Source of the DNA: an uncultured Oscillospiraceae bacterium
Lineage (GTDB): Bacteria > Bacillota > Clostridia > Oscillospirales > Ruminococcaceae
Direction: 5' to 3'
NCBI GenBank assembly: GCA_964370845.1
Contig: CAYJLB010000008.1
Coordinates: forward strand, 552 to 64,551
Length of the DNA: 64,000 nucleotides
Positions 1-9,541 of the stretch are shown here, one piece after another (positions within the stretch are counted from its first letter, which is position 1; every line of letters begins with the position of its first letter). The position numbers and the translations under genes are program-made. Under the pieces are notes generated by a model, which saw nothing but the letters and a program-made list of their open reading frames with translations, did no database searches and had not been told where the DNA came from.

Positions 1-1031
1 ATTTCGAACAATTTTGAATATTGCTTAACCAACGCATTTTTAGGAAGTGTCAAAATTTTAACCAATGCATCTTCATCAAGTTCCTCAAGAATCGTGATAA
101 CTGGCAAACGTCCTATTAACTCAGGAACTAATCCAAATTTCACCAAATCTTGTGGAGTAACTTTTTTAAGAACGTCATTTACCTCTTTTTTGTTGCCTTT
201 AATGTTTCCACCAAAGCCAAGAGTAGAGTCATCAGTACGTTTTTTGATGTTTTGTTCAAGCCCATCAAATGCACCACCGCAAATGAACAAAATGTTCTTT
301 GTATCAATTTGCAACATTTCTTGATGAGGGTGTTTTCTACCAGCTTGAGGAGGAACATTAGAAACAGTTCCCTCAATAATTTTCAAAAGTGCTTGTTGAA
401 CGCCCTCACCACTTACATCACGAGTAATGGAAGTGTTTTCAGATTTTCTTGCAATTTTGTCAATTTCATCAATATAAATAATACCTTTTTCAGCAGCTTC
501 AATGTCAAAATCAGCCGCTTGAATAAGTCTTAACAACACATTTTCAACGTCATCGCCAACATAACCAGCTTCAGTCAAAGTAGTAGCGTCAGCAATTGCA
601 AATGGAACATTTAAAATTTTCGCCAAAGTTTGTGCCATAGCGGTTTTACCAACACCTGTAGGCCCTAAAAGCAAAACGTTACTTTTTTGGATTTCTACAT
701 CGTTGTCTAGTTCGGAATTGATACGTTTGTAATGATTATAAACTGCCACTGCAAGAGAAATTTTAGCCTCATTTTGACCAATAATATATTCGTCAAGAAC
801 TTTCTTAATTTCAACAGGTACAGTTAATATAACTTTTTCATTTTTACCTTTTTTTCTTCTATCAGTTTGAGCTTGTGCAGGGATAAAACCCTCTTGTTCC
901 GCTAAAATTTCATAGCAATAAAGAACACACTCATCACAAATATTTGCAGTTGGTGCAGAAAATAGGTTTCTAACCTTGCTTTCAGGCTTTCCGCAGAAAC
1001 TACAATTTTTAATTTTATCATTACTTGACAT
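1..1031 (-). CDS. clpX: ATP-dependent Clp protease ATP-binding subunit ClpX, N-terminal ~343 codons (3' end lies beyond the window edge)
   Basis: Missing from the ORF track because it is open at the edge. My reverse translation from ATG 1031-1029 reads [23 protein letters not shown] (zinc ribbon), then GPTGVGKT (Walker A, near nt 660) and [10 protein letters not shown] (Walker B). It follows tig-clpP as usual in Firmicutes. Confidence 0.93.
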   Translation of the reverse strand, partial: MSSNDKIKNCSFCGKPESKVRNLFSAPTANICDECVLYCYEILAEQEGFIPAQAQTDRRKKGKNEKVILTVPVEIKKVLDEYIIGQNEAKISLAVAVYNHYKRINSELDNDVEIQKSNVLLLGPTGVGKTAMAQTLAKILNVPFAIADATTLTEAGYVGDDVENVLLRLIQAADFDIEAAEKGIIYIDEIDKIARKSENTSITRDVSGEGVQQALLKIIEGTVSNVPPQAGRKHPHQEMLQIDTKNILFICGGAFDGLEQNIKKRTDDSTLGFGGNIKGNKKEVNDVLKKVTPQDLVKFGLVPELIGRLPVITILEELDEDALVKILTLPKNALVKQYSKLFE

Positions 1032-1131
1032 TAAAATGCCCATTCCTTTCTGCACGTTTTCGGAAGTTCAAATTTTAAATTTGTTAATACTAACCAAAAA
1101 CTGCAAACGAAAATTTCTTTCGCCTTAAACC

Positions 1132-1722
1132 TTATCTTTTATCAATAACTTTATCGATAATGCCGTACTCAAGAGCTTCTTGAGCTGACATAAAATTATC
1201 TCTTTCAGTGTCTTGCTTGATAATTTCAATATCTTTTCCAGTGTTTTCACTTAGAATTCTATTCAAATTCTCTTTCATTTTAAGCAAGTGGTTAGCTCTG
1301 ATATTAATATCAGTAACTTGACCTTGAATTCCCCCACCAGCTACTAGCGGTTGGTGAATCATAATTTCGCTGTTTGGTAGAGCAAATCTCTTACCTTTTG
1401 TACCGGAAGAAAGTAGGAACGCACCCATTGAAGCCGCCATACCGATACAAATTGTGGATACATCACATTTTATATATTGCATTGTGTCATAAATCGCAAG
1501 TCCGTCAGTTACAGAACCACCTGGGCTATTAATATAAAAACTTATATCTTTTTCAGGGTCTTGGCTCTCTAAATACAACAATTGTGCGACAATAAGGCTG
1601 GCAGTTGTACTATTTACATCTTCGGATAAAACAATAATTCTGTCATTTAAAAGTCTTGAAAAAATATCATAAGACCTTTCTCCTCTACTTGTTTGCTCGA
1701 TTACATAAGGGACTAAACTCAT
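1132..1722 (-). CDS. clpP: ATP-dependent Clp protease proteolytic subunit ClpP
   Basis: ORF 1132..1740. Catalytic Ser context [11 protein letters not shown] and His context IMIHQP. The likely start is the third ATG ([10 protein letters not shown]) at 1722, preceded by AAAGGAA. Confidence 0.95.
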   Translation of the reverse strand: MSLVPYVIEQTSRGERSYDIFSRLLNDRIIVLSEDVNSTTASLIVAQLLYLESQDPEKDISFYINSPGGSVTDGLAIYDTMQYIKCDVSTICIGMAASMGAFLLSSGTKGKRFALPNSEIMIHQPLVAGGGIQGQVTDINIRANHLLKMKENLNRILSENTGKDIEIIKQDTERDNFMSAQEALEYGIIDKVIDKR

Positions 1723-1803
1723 TACTACCATTCCTTTCATAATTTGACATTAAGTAAGCCTAAAAAATTTAAGCTTACTTAATGAAAAAAATTTATTTAG
1801 TTA

Positions 1804-3084
1804 TTATTTAACTACCGCGTTTTCTTTAACAAGATTTGCTGCTTTTTCAACAGCCATATCTTTTTTCAATTCTTCAACAGCGATAAATTGTTTAACTTGA
1901 GCAACTTCCATTTTGTATTGTTCAGCGATTTTAGCGAATTCTTCTTCTACAGCCGCTTCGTCAATAACAACGTTTTCAAGTTCAGCAACTTTTTCTAGAG
2001 CAAGACGAAGTTTAACTTGTCTTCTTGCTTGTTCTTCAAAAGTTTTTCTGAATGAAGCCATTTCCATATTAGTGTATTGTAGGTACATTTCCATGTTTAG
2101 ACCTTGTTGTGAAAGTCTTCTTCCAAAGTCATTTACCATATCGTCAATACGTCTTTCAAACATAACTTCAGGAATTTCAGCAGTTAATCCGTCGATAACA
2201 ACGTCCATTAACTTGCCTTCAAATTCAGCTTCAGCTTTGTTTTCAGCAACTTCAGTTAATTTTTTTGTAATATCAGCTTTAACTTCTTCAACTGTATCGA
2301 ATTCAGTAACGTCTTTTACGTATTCGTCATCGAAAGTTGGAAGTTCTTTAGCTTTAATTTCGTGTAATTTAATTTTAAATACAACAGCTTTTCCAGCAAG
2401 ATCAGGAGCTTGATATTCTTCTGGGAAAGTAACGTCAACGTCAAATTCTTCACCGATATTGTGTCCAACAACTTTTTCTTCAAATCCTGGGATAAATTGA
2501 CCACTTCCAAGACCTAGTGTAAAGTTATCTCCCTTTCCACCTGGGAAAGCAACGTTATCAAGGAAACCTTCAAAGTCGATAACAACATCGTCGCCCATTT
2601 GAGCAGCTCTGTCTTCAACAGTGATAATTCTTGTACCTTGTTGTTTTAATTTTTCGATTTCAGCTTCAACAGCTTCATCAGTAACAGCTTCAACTACTTT
2701 TTCTACTTCAATACCTTTATAGTTTCCAACTTCAACAGTTGGTTTAACAGTACAAGTCATTTTGAAAAGTACGCCTTCTTCTTTAGAAACAGAAACAACT
2801 TCAACGTCAGGTCTGTCAACTAAGTCAAGTTTAGCTTCTTCAACTGCTTTAGAAGCAACTTCTGGATAAATTTCGTTGATAGCTTCATCATAGAATGCAC
2901 CTTCGCCGTACATTTTTTCTACAACTTTTCTTGGAGCTTTACCCGCTCTAAATCCAGGAACGTTAACTTTTTTCTTTGCTTTTTGGAATGCTTTTTCTAC
3001 AGCAACTTCGAAGTCAGCAGCGCTAACTTCCACCTCTAATTCATATTTGTTTGTTTCAACATTATTAACTGATTTTAAACTCAT
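1804..3084 (-). CDS. tig: trigger factor (ribosome-associated PPIase chaperone)
   Basis: 426 aa. Ribosome-binding motif PGFRAGKAPRKV near the N-terminus, a central FKBP-like segment, and the conserved tig-clpP-clpX order. Confidence 0.93.
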   Translation of the reverse strand: MSLKSVNNVETNKYELEVEVSAADFEVAVEKAFQKAKKKVNVPGFRAGKAPRKVVEKMYGEGAFYDEAINEIYPEVASKAVEEAKLDLVDRPDVEVVSVSKEEGVLFKMTCTVKPTVEVGNYKGIEVEKVVEAVTDEAVEAEIEKLKQQGTRIITVEDRAAQMGDDVVIDFEGFLDNVAFPGGKGDNFTLGLGSGQFIPGFEEKVVGHNIGEEFDVDVTFPEEYQAPDLAGKAVVFKIKLHEIKAKELPTFDDEYVKDVTEFDTVEEVKADITKKLTEVAENKAEAEFEGKLMDVVIDGLTAEIPEVMFERRIDDMVNDFGRRLSQQGLNMEMYLQYTNMEMASFRKTFEEQARRQVKLRLALEKVAELENVVIDEAAVEEEFAKIAEQYKMEVAQVKQFIAVEELKKDMAVEKAANLVKENAVVK

Positions 3085-3209
3085 TTTTTTCCTCCGTCAT
3101 TTTAATTATCATTATGTTCAATCAACATATCAAGGTAAATTATAACACATAATTCTTAACATTGCTATACCTTTATAACTACAATAAATTATTTTACCTT
3201 TTGCACAAA

Positions 3210-3908
3210 TTACAATATTTTATAAGGATTAAATTGTATATAATCACAAGAAAGCAACTTAAAATCAATTCCGTCACGCACGCCATTAATAGCATAATCG
3301 CAGGAACGACCGTGTATATGCCCATAAAAGCACTGTTTTATGCTATATTTGTTCAACACATCAAGAATTTCCACATTAATATTCACCGAATAAACTGGTG
3401 GATAATGCAGAAAAACCAAAGGTTCAAGGCCAGCTTTTTTCACTGATAAAAGTGAAGTTTCAAGCCTTCCAGCCTCACGAAGTAACACTTTTTTATCAGC
3501 AGAAACTTCCGTTTCATTTATCCAACCACGGGTTCCGCAAATCCCATAATTCTCATACTGAAAATGGTTGTTATGCAAAATGTTCAAAGTGTCAAAATTA
3601 TTCTCGGCGAAAAACTTATTCATCTTGCTCACAGTATTCCACCAATAATCGTGATTTCCCTTTAAAATAATTTTTTTTCCAGGTAAATTGTTAACAAAAG
3701 CGAAGTCAGCAACAGCATCATCAAAGCTCATTGCCCAAGATGTATCACCGATTAAAACCACAGTATCCTCAGGTTTAACGTTATTTTCCCAGTTTTCTTT
3801 TATCTTATCAACATAATTTTCCCAGCCACGAAAAATGTCCATAGGCTTGTTTGTACCAAAGGATAAATGCAAATCTCCAATTGCGAAAAGTGCCACTTTT
3901 GCCACCAC
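3210..3908 (-). CDS. metallophosphoesterase (calcineurin-like phosphoesterase family)
   Basis: Motifs GDLHL, GDTSW, GNHDYWW, LHYPP and GHIH appear in the canonical order. The GTG start is uncertain by a few codons. Confidence 0.75.
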   Translation of the reverse strand: MVAKVALFAIGDLHLSFGTNKPMDIFRGWENYVDKIKENWENNVKPEDTVVLIGDTSWAMSFDDAVADFAFVNNLPGKKIILKGNHDYWWNTVSKMNKFFAENNFDTLNILHNNHFQYENYGICGTRGWINETEVSADKKVLLREAGRLETSLLSVKKAGLEPLVFLHYPPVYSVNINVEILDVLNKYSIKQCFYGHIHGRSCDYAINGVRDGIDFKLLSCDYIQFNPYKIL

Positions 3909-3945
3909 CTGTTATATTTTTTGTCCTTTATTATTGCAATAAATT

Positions 3946-5445
3946 TTATTTTTTCGCAACAATTTTTTCGATGACATAATCTTTCATTCCGTCTTTTTCA
4001 ATAATATCATTGTAAATACTTTCAATTGCTCTTAAATTTGAAATTGAAACAGGAACTTCATTTTTACAAACCTCATGAAGTTTGTCAACAATATCAAATT
4101 CGTCCCCTTCTTGCACAGTTTCAGTCAAAGCTTCAAGAACACTTGATGAGAATTTATAAGGGTCAGCAGTGGAAGCGATAATCGTCTTAGTTTCGTCCCC
4201 AGTTTGCGCCTTATAATCTTGATAAACCTTAACCGCAACAGCAGTATGAGTGTCGCAAGTGTAAGAATATTGGTCAAAAATACTCTTAATTAGCTCTTTA
4301 GTTTCCTTATCATCACAGCAACCAGCATAAAAATCAGCAGAAATTTTCGCCTTAACATCGTCGCTAATTTCGTACTTTCCATTTTGTGCTAAAGAATTAA
4401 ACCACTCATTGATAAGTGCGTCATTTTCCCCTGTCATATGATAAAGAAGTCTTTCCAAATTACTTGAAATTAAAATATCCATTGAAGGTGAAATTGTAGT
4501 GTAAAAATCTCTATTTCTGTCATAAACACCTGTCTTAATAAAGTCAGTTAAAATGCTGTTTTTATTAGAAGCACAGATAAGTTTGTTGATTGGAAGTCCC
4601 ATTTCTTTCGCATAATAAGCAGCCAAAATGTTACCAAAATTTCCTGTTGGAACAACAACATTTACCTTTTCACCAAGGGCGATTTCCTCATTTTTCACAA
4701 GTTCAGCATAAGTGCTGATATAGTAAATAATTTGAGGTGCAAGACGTCCCCAGTTAATTGAGTTTGCACTAGAAAGCATCATATTATTCTCATCGAAAGT
4801 ATTTTTCATAGCTTTATCAGTAAAAATTGCTTTTACACCGTTTTGTGCATCGTCAAAGTTACCTTTAATAGCACAAATTCCGACATTTTTACCCTCTTGA
4901 GTAGTCATTTGTTTCTTTTGAACCTGAGAAACTCCGTCCTCTGGATAAAAGACCATAATTTTAGTTCCGTCAACGTCTTTAAAGCCCTCTAAAGCAGCTT
5001 TTCCAGTATCTCCTGACGTTGCAACTAAGATAACAATATCCTTGTCACATTTAATTTTTTTAGCAGAAGTTGTAAGCAAAAACGGAAGAATTTGAAGCGC
5101 CATATCTTTGAATGCACAAGTAGGTCCATGCCATAATTCAAGCATATAAACTCCTTCTTTTAAATGTGCAATTTCAGCAATATTTTTTGTTGCAAATTTT
5201 TTGGCATTATAAGCACTTTCAACACAATGTTTAATTTCTTCAGCGGTAAAATCTGTCAAAAATTTTGAAAAAACAAAGTCCGCACGGCTACTATACTCCA
5301 AATTTTCAAGGGATTTAATATCCTCTAAAGTAATTTTTGGGATTGAAGCAGGAACGAATAAACCGCCCTCTTCGGAAATTCCTTGAACAATCGCATTTGC
5401 TGATTGAACATTTACCTTACTATCTCTTGTACTTTTGTAAAACAT
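3946..5445 (-). CDS. thrC: threonine synthase
   Basis: 499 aa. N-terminus MFYKSTRD.., PLP-lysine context GPTCAFKDMALQ, and long-form ThrC architecture. Confidence 0.9.
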   Translation of the reverse strand: MFYKSTRDSKVNVQSANAIVQGISEEGGLFVPASIPKITLEDIKSLENLEYSSRADFVFSKFLTDFTAEEIKHCVESAYNAKKFATKNIAEIAHLKEGVYMLELWHGPTCAFKDMALQILPFLLTTSAKKIKCDKDIVILVATSGDTGKAALEGFKDVDGTKIMVFYPEDGVSQVQKKQMTTQEGKNVGICAIKGNFDDAQNGVKAIFTDKAMKNTFDENNMMLSSANSINWGRLAPQIIYYISTYAELVKNEEIALGEKVNVVVPTGNFGNILAAYYAKEMGLPINKLICASNKNSILTDFIKTGVYDRNRDFYTTISPSMDILISSNLERLLYHMTGENDALINEWFNSLAQNGKYEISDDVKAKISADFYAGCCDDKETKELIKSIFDQYSYTCDTHTAVAVKVYQDYKAQTGDETKTIIASTADPYKFSSSVLEALTETVQEGDEFDIVDKLHEVCKNEVPVSISNLRAIESIYNDIIEKDGMKDYVIEKIVAKK

Positions 5446-5498
5446 AAAACTCTGTCCTTTCTTTTATCAATAATATATTAATATGTTAAAATAAAAAC

Positions 5499-5870
5499 TT
5501 AAAAATCCAAGTCTGTAGCATCAAAAGAGTTTTCAATATACTCCATTTCCTCCACAAACCCTTCGTGAATGGTTAAAATTGCACTGTCAAATCTTGGTTG
5601 CAACTGGCAATTTTCCTTAGTCAAATAGGCATTTACAGCCTTAGTCATATTCTCAATTTTTTTCCTTGTAATCGCTTCATATCCACTTGCTAAAGTATCT
5701 CTTTTCCTCGCTTTTACTTCAACAAAAGCAATGATTTCGCCTTTTTTTGCAATAATGTCAATTTCTCCACCTTTAATGGTAAAATTCCTCTCTAAAATCT
5801 CAAAACCAGCCAAACTAAGCCGACTACAAACAAAATCTTCACCAATATTTCCAAGTTCACGAGTTGTCAT
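5499..5870 (-). CDS. yraN: YraN family endonuclease-like protein (UPF0102)
   Basis: 123 aa. GEIDIIA..FVEVKAR motif, and the typical position directly downstream of rnhB. Confidence 0.85.
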   Translation of the reverse strand: MTTRELGNIGEDFVCSRLSLAGFEILERNFTIKGGEIDIIAKKGEIIAFVEVKARKRDTLASGYEAITRKKIENMTKAVNAYLTKENCQLQPRFDSAILTIHEGFVEEMEYIENSFDATDLDF

Positions 5871-6482
5871 TTAGTCAATTCCTTTTACTTTTCGCTTTTT
5901 GAAAAAACTTTTACGATAAATCTCACAAATTCCATGCTCATCTAAAAGTTCGTAATGCAATTTTGTGCCGTAACCCTTATGTTGAGCCAATTTGTACTGT
6001 GGATATTTCTCGTCAAGTTTCTTCATATATCTGTCCCTTGCAACTTTTGCAAGGATTGAAGCCGCCGCAATGCTTTGAGAAGTTCCATCACCTTTAACAA
6101 CAGCTGCCAAAGTGAATTCGGTGTCCTTAGGGCACTTATTTCCGTCGATTAACCCAAGGTTAAAGGAAGAATTTAGCCCCTCCATCGCCCTTTTCATAGC
6201 AAGCAACGACGCGTTTAATATGTTAATTTCGTCAATTTCTTCAACACTAGCGGTAGCAATGCAATATGTCACAGCCTTTTCGATAATTTCATCAAACAAA
6301 AGTTCCCTTTTCTTCTCGGAAATTTTCTTGCTATCATTTATCCCCTCAATAATCAAATCAGGAGGCAAAATCACAGCCGCCGCAAAAACGTCGCCAGCCA
6401 AAGGCCCTCGCCCAGCTTCGTCAACTCCACATATTACAGGGAATTTCTCCCTAACCGCCTTGTCATATTGAAACAATTCCAT
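5871..6482 (-). CDS. rnhB: ribonuclease HII
   Basis: GVDEAGRGPLAGDV active-site motif, 203 aa. Confidence 0.92.
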   Translation of the reverse strand: MELFQYDKAVREKFPVICGVDEAGRGPLAGDVFAAAVILPPDLIIEGINDSKKISEKKRELLFDEIIEKAVTYCIATASVEEIDEINILNASLLAMKRAMEGLNSSFNLGLIDGNKCPKDTEFTLAAVVKGDGTSQSIAAASILAKVARDRYMKKLDEKYPQYKLAQHKGYGTKLHYELLDEHGICEIYRKSFFKKRKVKGID

Positions 6483-7555
6483 TAGCTTTTCCCCTTTTCC
6501 TTTGTAGGGTCAAAATCGGGTTGTTCCAAAGTAATTCTCCCTAGTTTCCCCGCACGGAATTCATCAATAAAAATAATAGCAGTTCTTTCGGTGTTAATTT
6601 CTCCACCAGCGATTAAAAATCCACGTTTGCTACCAATTTTTTCGAGGATAGAAACTCCCGATTCATTTTCCTGCGTTTCAACACCATATCTATCAAAAAT
6701 ATTCTTTTTATAATCAATATTCAAATACTCTAAAAGCCTTACAGCAAGGTATTCAAGGTCCATTATGTCATCTTTTACAGCCCCTGTAAAAGCTAAATGT
6801 TCCCCAACGGTTTTATCCTCAAACTTAGGCCACAAAACACCAGGCATATCAAGTAATTCAAGGTCTTTATCTAAAGTTACCCACTGTTTTCCACGAGTAA
6901 CACCAGGTCTATCCTCAACCTTTGCCCTTTTGGATTTTGCAAGCTTATTTATAAAGGAAGATTTCCCAACATTTGGAATTCCAACAATCATAATTCTAAT
7001 AGGTCGCCCCACCATACCTTTGCGTTCCCAAGATTCAATTTGCACAGAGAGAAGTTCCCTCAAAGCGGTCATAAACTTGTTCACACCCTTACCAGTACGG
7101 CAGTCGGTTGCAATAGCTAAAATTCCTTTATTTTTATAGTAATTAAGCCATTTCGCAGTAACACTTTCATCGGCACTATCAGCTTTATTTAAGATAATAA
7201 TCTTAGGTTTACTCCCCGTCATGCCGTCCATTTCAGGGTTTTTGCTACTAAAAGGAATTCTTGCGTCAATAATTTCAACAATAGCATCAACAAGCCTTAA
7301 ATTCGCATCAATCAAACGCCTAGTTTTCGCCATATGCCCCGGAAACCACTGTATATTATACTGTGAATTTATGTTATCCGCTGGCTTACTTTTATCACGC
7401 TTTTTCTTTTCAGGCTTAACTTTTTCGGTAACTTTATTAGCAGAAGCATTTCTTAAATACTTGTTACTATTTTTATTTCTGTGGCTATTTTTTTTTGCAC
7501 TTTTCGCTTTTTGTGCATCAGTTTTTTTACCAAAATTTTGTCGCTTTTCAGCCAT
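6482..7555 (-). CDS. rbgA: ribosome biogenesis GTPase A (YlqF/RbgA) with a Lys-rich N-terminal extension
   Basis: QWFPGHMAKTRR, then circularly permuted G motifs (NKADSA before GIPNVGKSSFIN). I place the start at ATG 7555 (RBS GAGAGGAA 9 nt upstream) rather than the TTG at 7588. Confidence 0.88.
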   Translation of the reverse strand: MAEKRQNFGKKTDAQKAKSAKKNSHRNKNSNKYLRNASANKVTEKVKPEKKKRDKSKPADNINSQYNIQWFPGHMAKTRRLIDANLRLVDAIVEIIDARIPFSSKNPEMDGMTGSKPKIIILNKADSADESVTAKWLNYYKNKGILAIATDCRTGKGVNKFMTALRELLSVQIESWERKGMVGRPIRIMIVGIPNVGKSSFINKLAKSKRAKVEDRPGVTRGKQWVTLDKDLELLDMPGVLWPKFEDKTVGEHLAFTGAVKDDIMDLEYLAVRLLEYLNIDYKKNIFDRYGVETQENESGVSILEKIGSKRGFLIAGGEINTERTAIIFIDEFRAGKLGRITLEQPDFDPTKEKGKS

Positions 7556-7580
7556 AAAATAACATTCCTCTCTGTAGGGC

Positions 7581-8132
7581 TTATTCAACTACTCCAAAAC
7601 TATCAAATGGATAAATTCTAAATATAGTTTTCCCCACAATATCTTCCCTTGGAACAAATCCAACTCGACTATCTCTACTATCAGTAGAGTGGTTTCGATT
7701 ATCCCCTAAAACAAAATAGCTGTCCTCTGGTACAATTACAGGATAATCATGTCCGTATTCGTCAAGATAAGTAGGTTCAGCAATGTAAGGTTCATCAATT
7801 GCAACATCGTCAACATAAACTATCCCTTGATTAAAATCAATATCAACTTTTTGCCCAGGAGTTGCAACAATACGCTTTACAATATCTTTTTGCAAACCTT
7901 CACTTCTTACAACTACAATATCCCCAACTTCTGGAGAATAAAACCAGTTCGAAACTAGCAATCTATCATCATTTACAAGAGTGTTCATCATAGAAATTCC
8001 GTCAACTCTTACTTGCTTGCAAACAAAAGTAAAAATTATCAAAATTACAAACAATGCGAACAAAATCGTATGAATCCAGTCGCAAATTTCATCTATTAAA
8101 CTAACATTTTTTTCAGTATTTTGTTGTTCCAT
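7581..8132 (-). CDS. lepB: signal peptidase I
   Basis: Single N-terminal TM, catalytic Ser box DGISMMNTL, and GDNRNHSTDSR box. The start may be ATG 8132 or the upstream in-frame codon at 8153. Confidence 0.88.
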   Translation of the reverse strand: MEQQNTEKNVSLIDEICDWIHTILFALFVILIIFTFVCKQVRVDGISMMNTLVNDDRLLVSNWFYSPEVGDIVVVRSEGLQKDIVKRIVATPGQKVDIDFNQGIVYVDDVAIDEPYIAEPTYLDEYGHDYPVIVPEDSYFVLGDNRNHSTDSRDSRVGFVPREDIVGKTIFRIYPFDSFGVVE

Positions 8133-8171
8133 AACAAAGAATACCTCTTTCAATAAAAATTAAATAATAGC

Positions 8172-8193
8172 AAAAAAGGGGCTATACAGCCCC
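8172..8193 (-). terminator. intrinsic terminator after rplS
   Basis: On the minus strand: GGGGCT-GTAT-AGCCCC followed by TTTTTTG. Confidence 0.7.
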
Positions 8194-8231
8194 AATTTAA
8201 AACTTGTAGTTTAAATCCTACAATAATGCAC

Positions 8232-8576
8232 TTATCTGCGTGCTTCTTTAACTTTTGCTGCTTTACCAACTCTATCACGTAGATAGTATAGTTTAGCACG
8301 ACGAACTTTACCTTTTCTTACAATCTCAACCTTTTCAACGATAGGTGAGTGAACAGGGAAAACTCTTTCAACGCCAACACCGTGTGCAAGACGTCTTACA
8401 GTGAAAGTTTCGTGAATTCCACCGTGTTTTTTGGAGATAACTGTACCTTCAAATAATTGGATACGAGTTTTTTCTCCTTCCTTAATTCTTACGTGAACTT
8501 TTACAGTATCACCGATAAAAATTGCAGGTGTTTCTTCTTTTAAAGAACTGTTTGAAATTAGTTTTAAAGCATCCAC
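8232..8576 (-). CDS. rplS: 50S ribosomal protein L19
   Basis: 114 aa, typical L19 sequence (..[19 protein letters not shown]), GTG start behind GGAGG. Confidence 0.95.
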   Translation of the reverse strand: MDALKLISNSSLKEETPAIFIGDTVKVHVRIKEGEKTRIQLFEGTVISKKHGGIHETFTVRRLAHGVGVERVFPVHSPIVEKVEIVRKGKVRRAKLYYLRDRVGKAAKVKEARR

Positions 8577-8738
8577 TTTAAATACCTCCTAAAATTTTCA
8601 GACATTCGTGTTTTTTATTAAAGCAACCTACAAACAAAGGTTGCAAAACAGAGGACTGCCCGCTTTAATGTCATCTCTCAAATTACTTAAGAGTTTGGCA
8701 CTAACCCCCGTCAGAAAGACCGACGGACATCTAAATGC
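8577..8738 (-). promoter_or_regulatory. ~160-nt structured 5' leader of rplS (possible L19 autoregulatory leader)
   Basis: A long untranslated gap lies between the strong promoter and the rplS start. It contains hairpins (GTCCGTCGGTCTTTCTGACGGGGG; GCAACCT-N8-AGGTTGC followed by a T/A-rich run). The class is not verifiable by eye. Confidence 0.4.
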
Positions 8739-8744
8739 TTTAAT

Positions 8745-8773
8745 ATTATATCACAATCCCAAACTTATTGCAA
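8745..8773 (-). promoter_or_regulatory. sigma-A type promoter for rplS
   Basis: Minus strand: TTGCAA (8773-8768), 17 nt, TATAAT (8750-8745). Confidence 0.6.
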
Positions 8774-8869
8774 GAGTATTTGTTAATTTTTATCAATTGC
8801 AATGAAAAATAAATACTAAAGTCGGTTATAATTTTTGTACATTTCTTACAAAAGGCAACACTATTCGAC

Positions 8870-9541
8870 TTATCTAAAAATTTCTTCGTTTTGAGCAAAA
8901 ATGTTAATTCTTTTAACGTCAATTCTTTCAAATCCAAGTCCTAAAAACTTAGCAAATTCATCAGTTAATAAAGTTGTGTTTAAATTTAAAACTGTCCCCG
9001 CTGGAAACTTCAAACCGAAAGTTAAAACATCATCTGAAATTCCCACATCAAACACGTCAATATGCGGTTTTATGTCAAGGGTAGAAATTCCTTTTCGCTT
9101 AGTTTTTTTCTCAACTTCAATCTTTTCCTTTGCGATAAATTCCTCGAATTTTTTCAATAATTCCACACCAGAAAGAGCAGTTTTTATTTCAATTTTATAC
9201 TCAGCCTTAACAATATCAGTATGCTTTTTCACTGGATAAAAACCTGTCACAATAGCTAAAGATTCAGGCAATTGCTTGTTCATAATTGCTACAACTTCAT
9301 CAATATCCATTTCTTTTGTCAAGCGAATATCCATTATTTCAGTTTCGCTCTCAACACCTAAAGAAAGAGCCAGTGGGAACATTATATAAGGGTGCGGATT
9401 GAACCCTTGTGTGTACCAAATTGGGATTTTTCCGCGGTTAAACGCCCTCGTCATTGTTCGCATTAAATCAAGGTGGGAAATAAATCTTGCCCTATCTTTT
9501 TTACTAAAAACGAGCCTTACATCAATACTATCTTTTACCAC
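8870..9541 (-). CDS. TIGR03936-family radical-SAM-associated protein (DUF2344)
   Basis: 223 aa, FSKKDRARFISHLDLMRTMTRAF N-terminus typical of this family. It overlaps the upstream radical SAM gene by 14 nt. Confidence 0.8.
   Translation of the reverse strand: MVKDSIDVRLVFSKKDRARFISHLDLMRTMTRAFNRGKIPIWYTQGFNPHPYIMFPLALSLGVESETEIMDIRLTKEMDIDEVVAIMNKQLPESLAIVTGFYPVKKHTDIVKAEYKIEIKTALSGVELLKKFEEFIAKEKIEVEKKTKRKGISTLDIKPHIDVFDVGISDDVLTFGLKFPAGTVLNLNTTLLTDEFAKFLGLGFERIDVKRINIFAQNEEIFR

Noticed and set aside
1913-2413. Antisense or overlapping ORFs inside long genes. Examples are 1913..2413 in tig, 6112..6471 in rnhB, 6765..7562 in rbgA, 12658..12942 and 12726..13061 at the lipoprotein start, 18987..19373, 44329..44721 in aor and 47628..48065 in polA.
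   Set aside because: Each lies entirely within a much longer ORF that has clear family motifs on the other strand or frame. They have low-complexity composition and no RBS.
8608-8937. Small ORFs 8608..8805 (+) and 8746..8937 (-) between rplS and the DUF2344 gene.
   Set aside because: They overlap the rplS promoter/leader and the 3' end of the DUF2344 gene. They have no RBS and an AT-rich, biased composition. The region is better explained as regulatory RNA and promoter.
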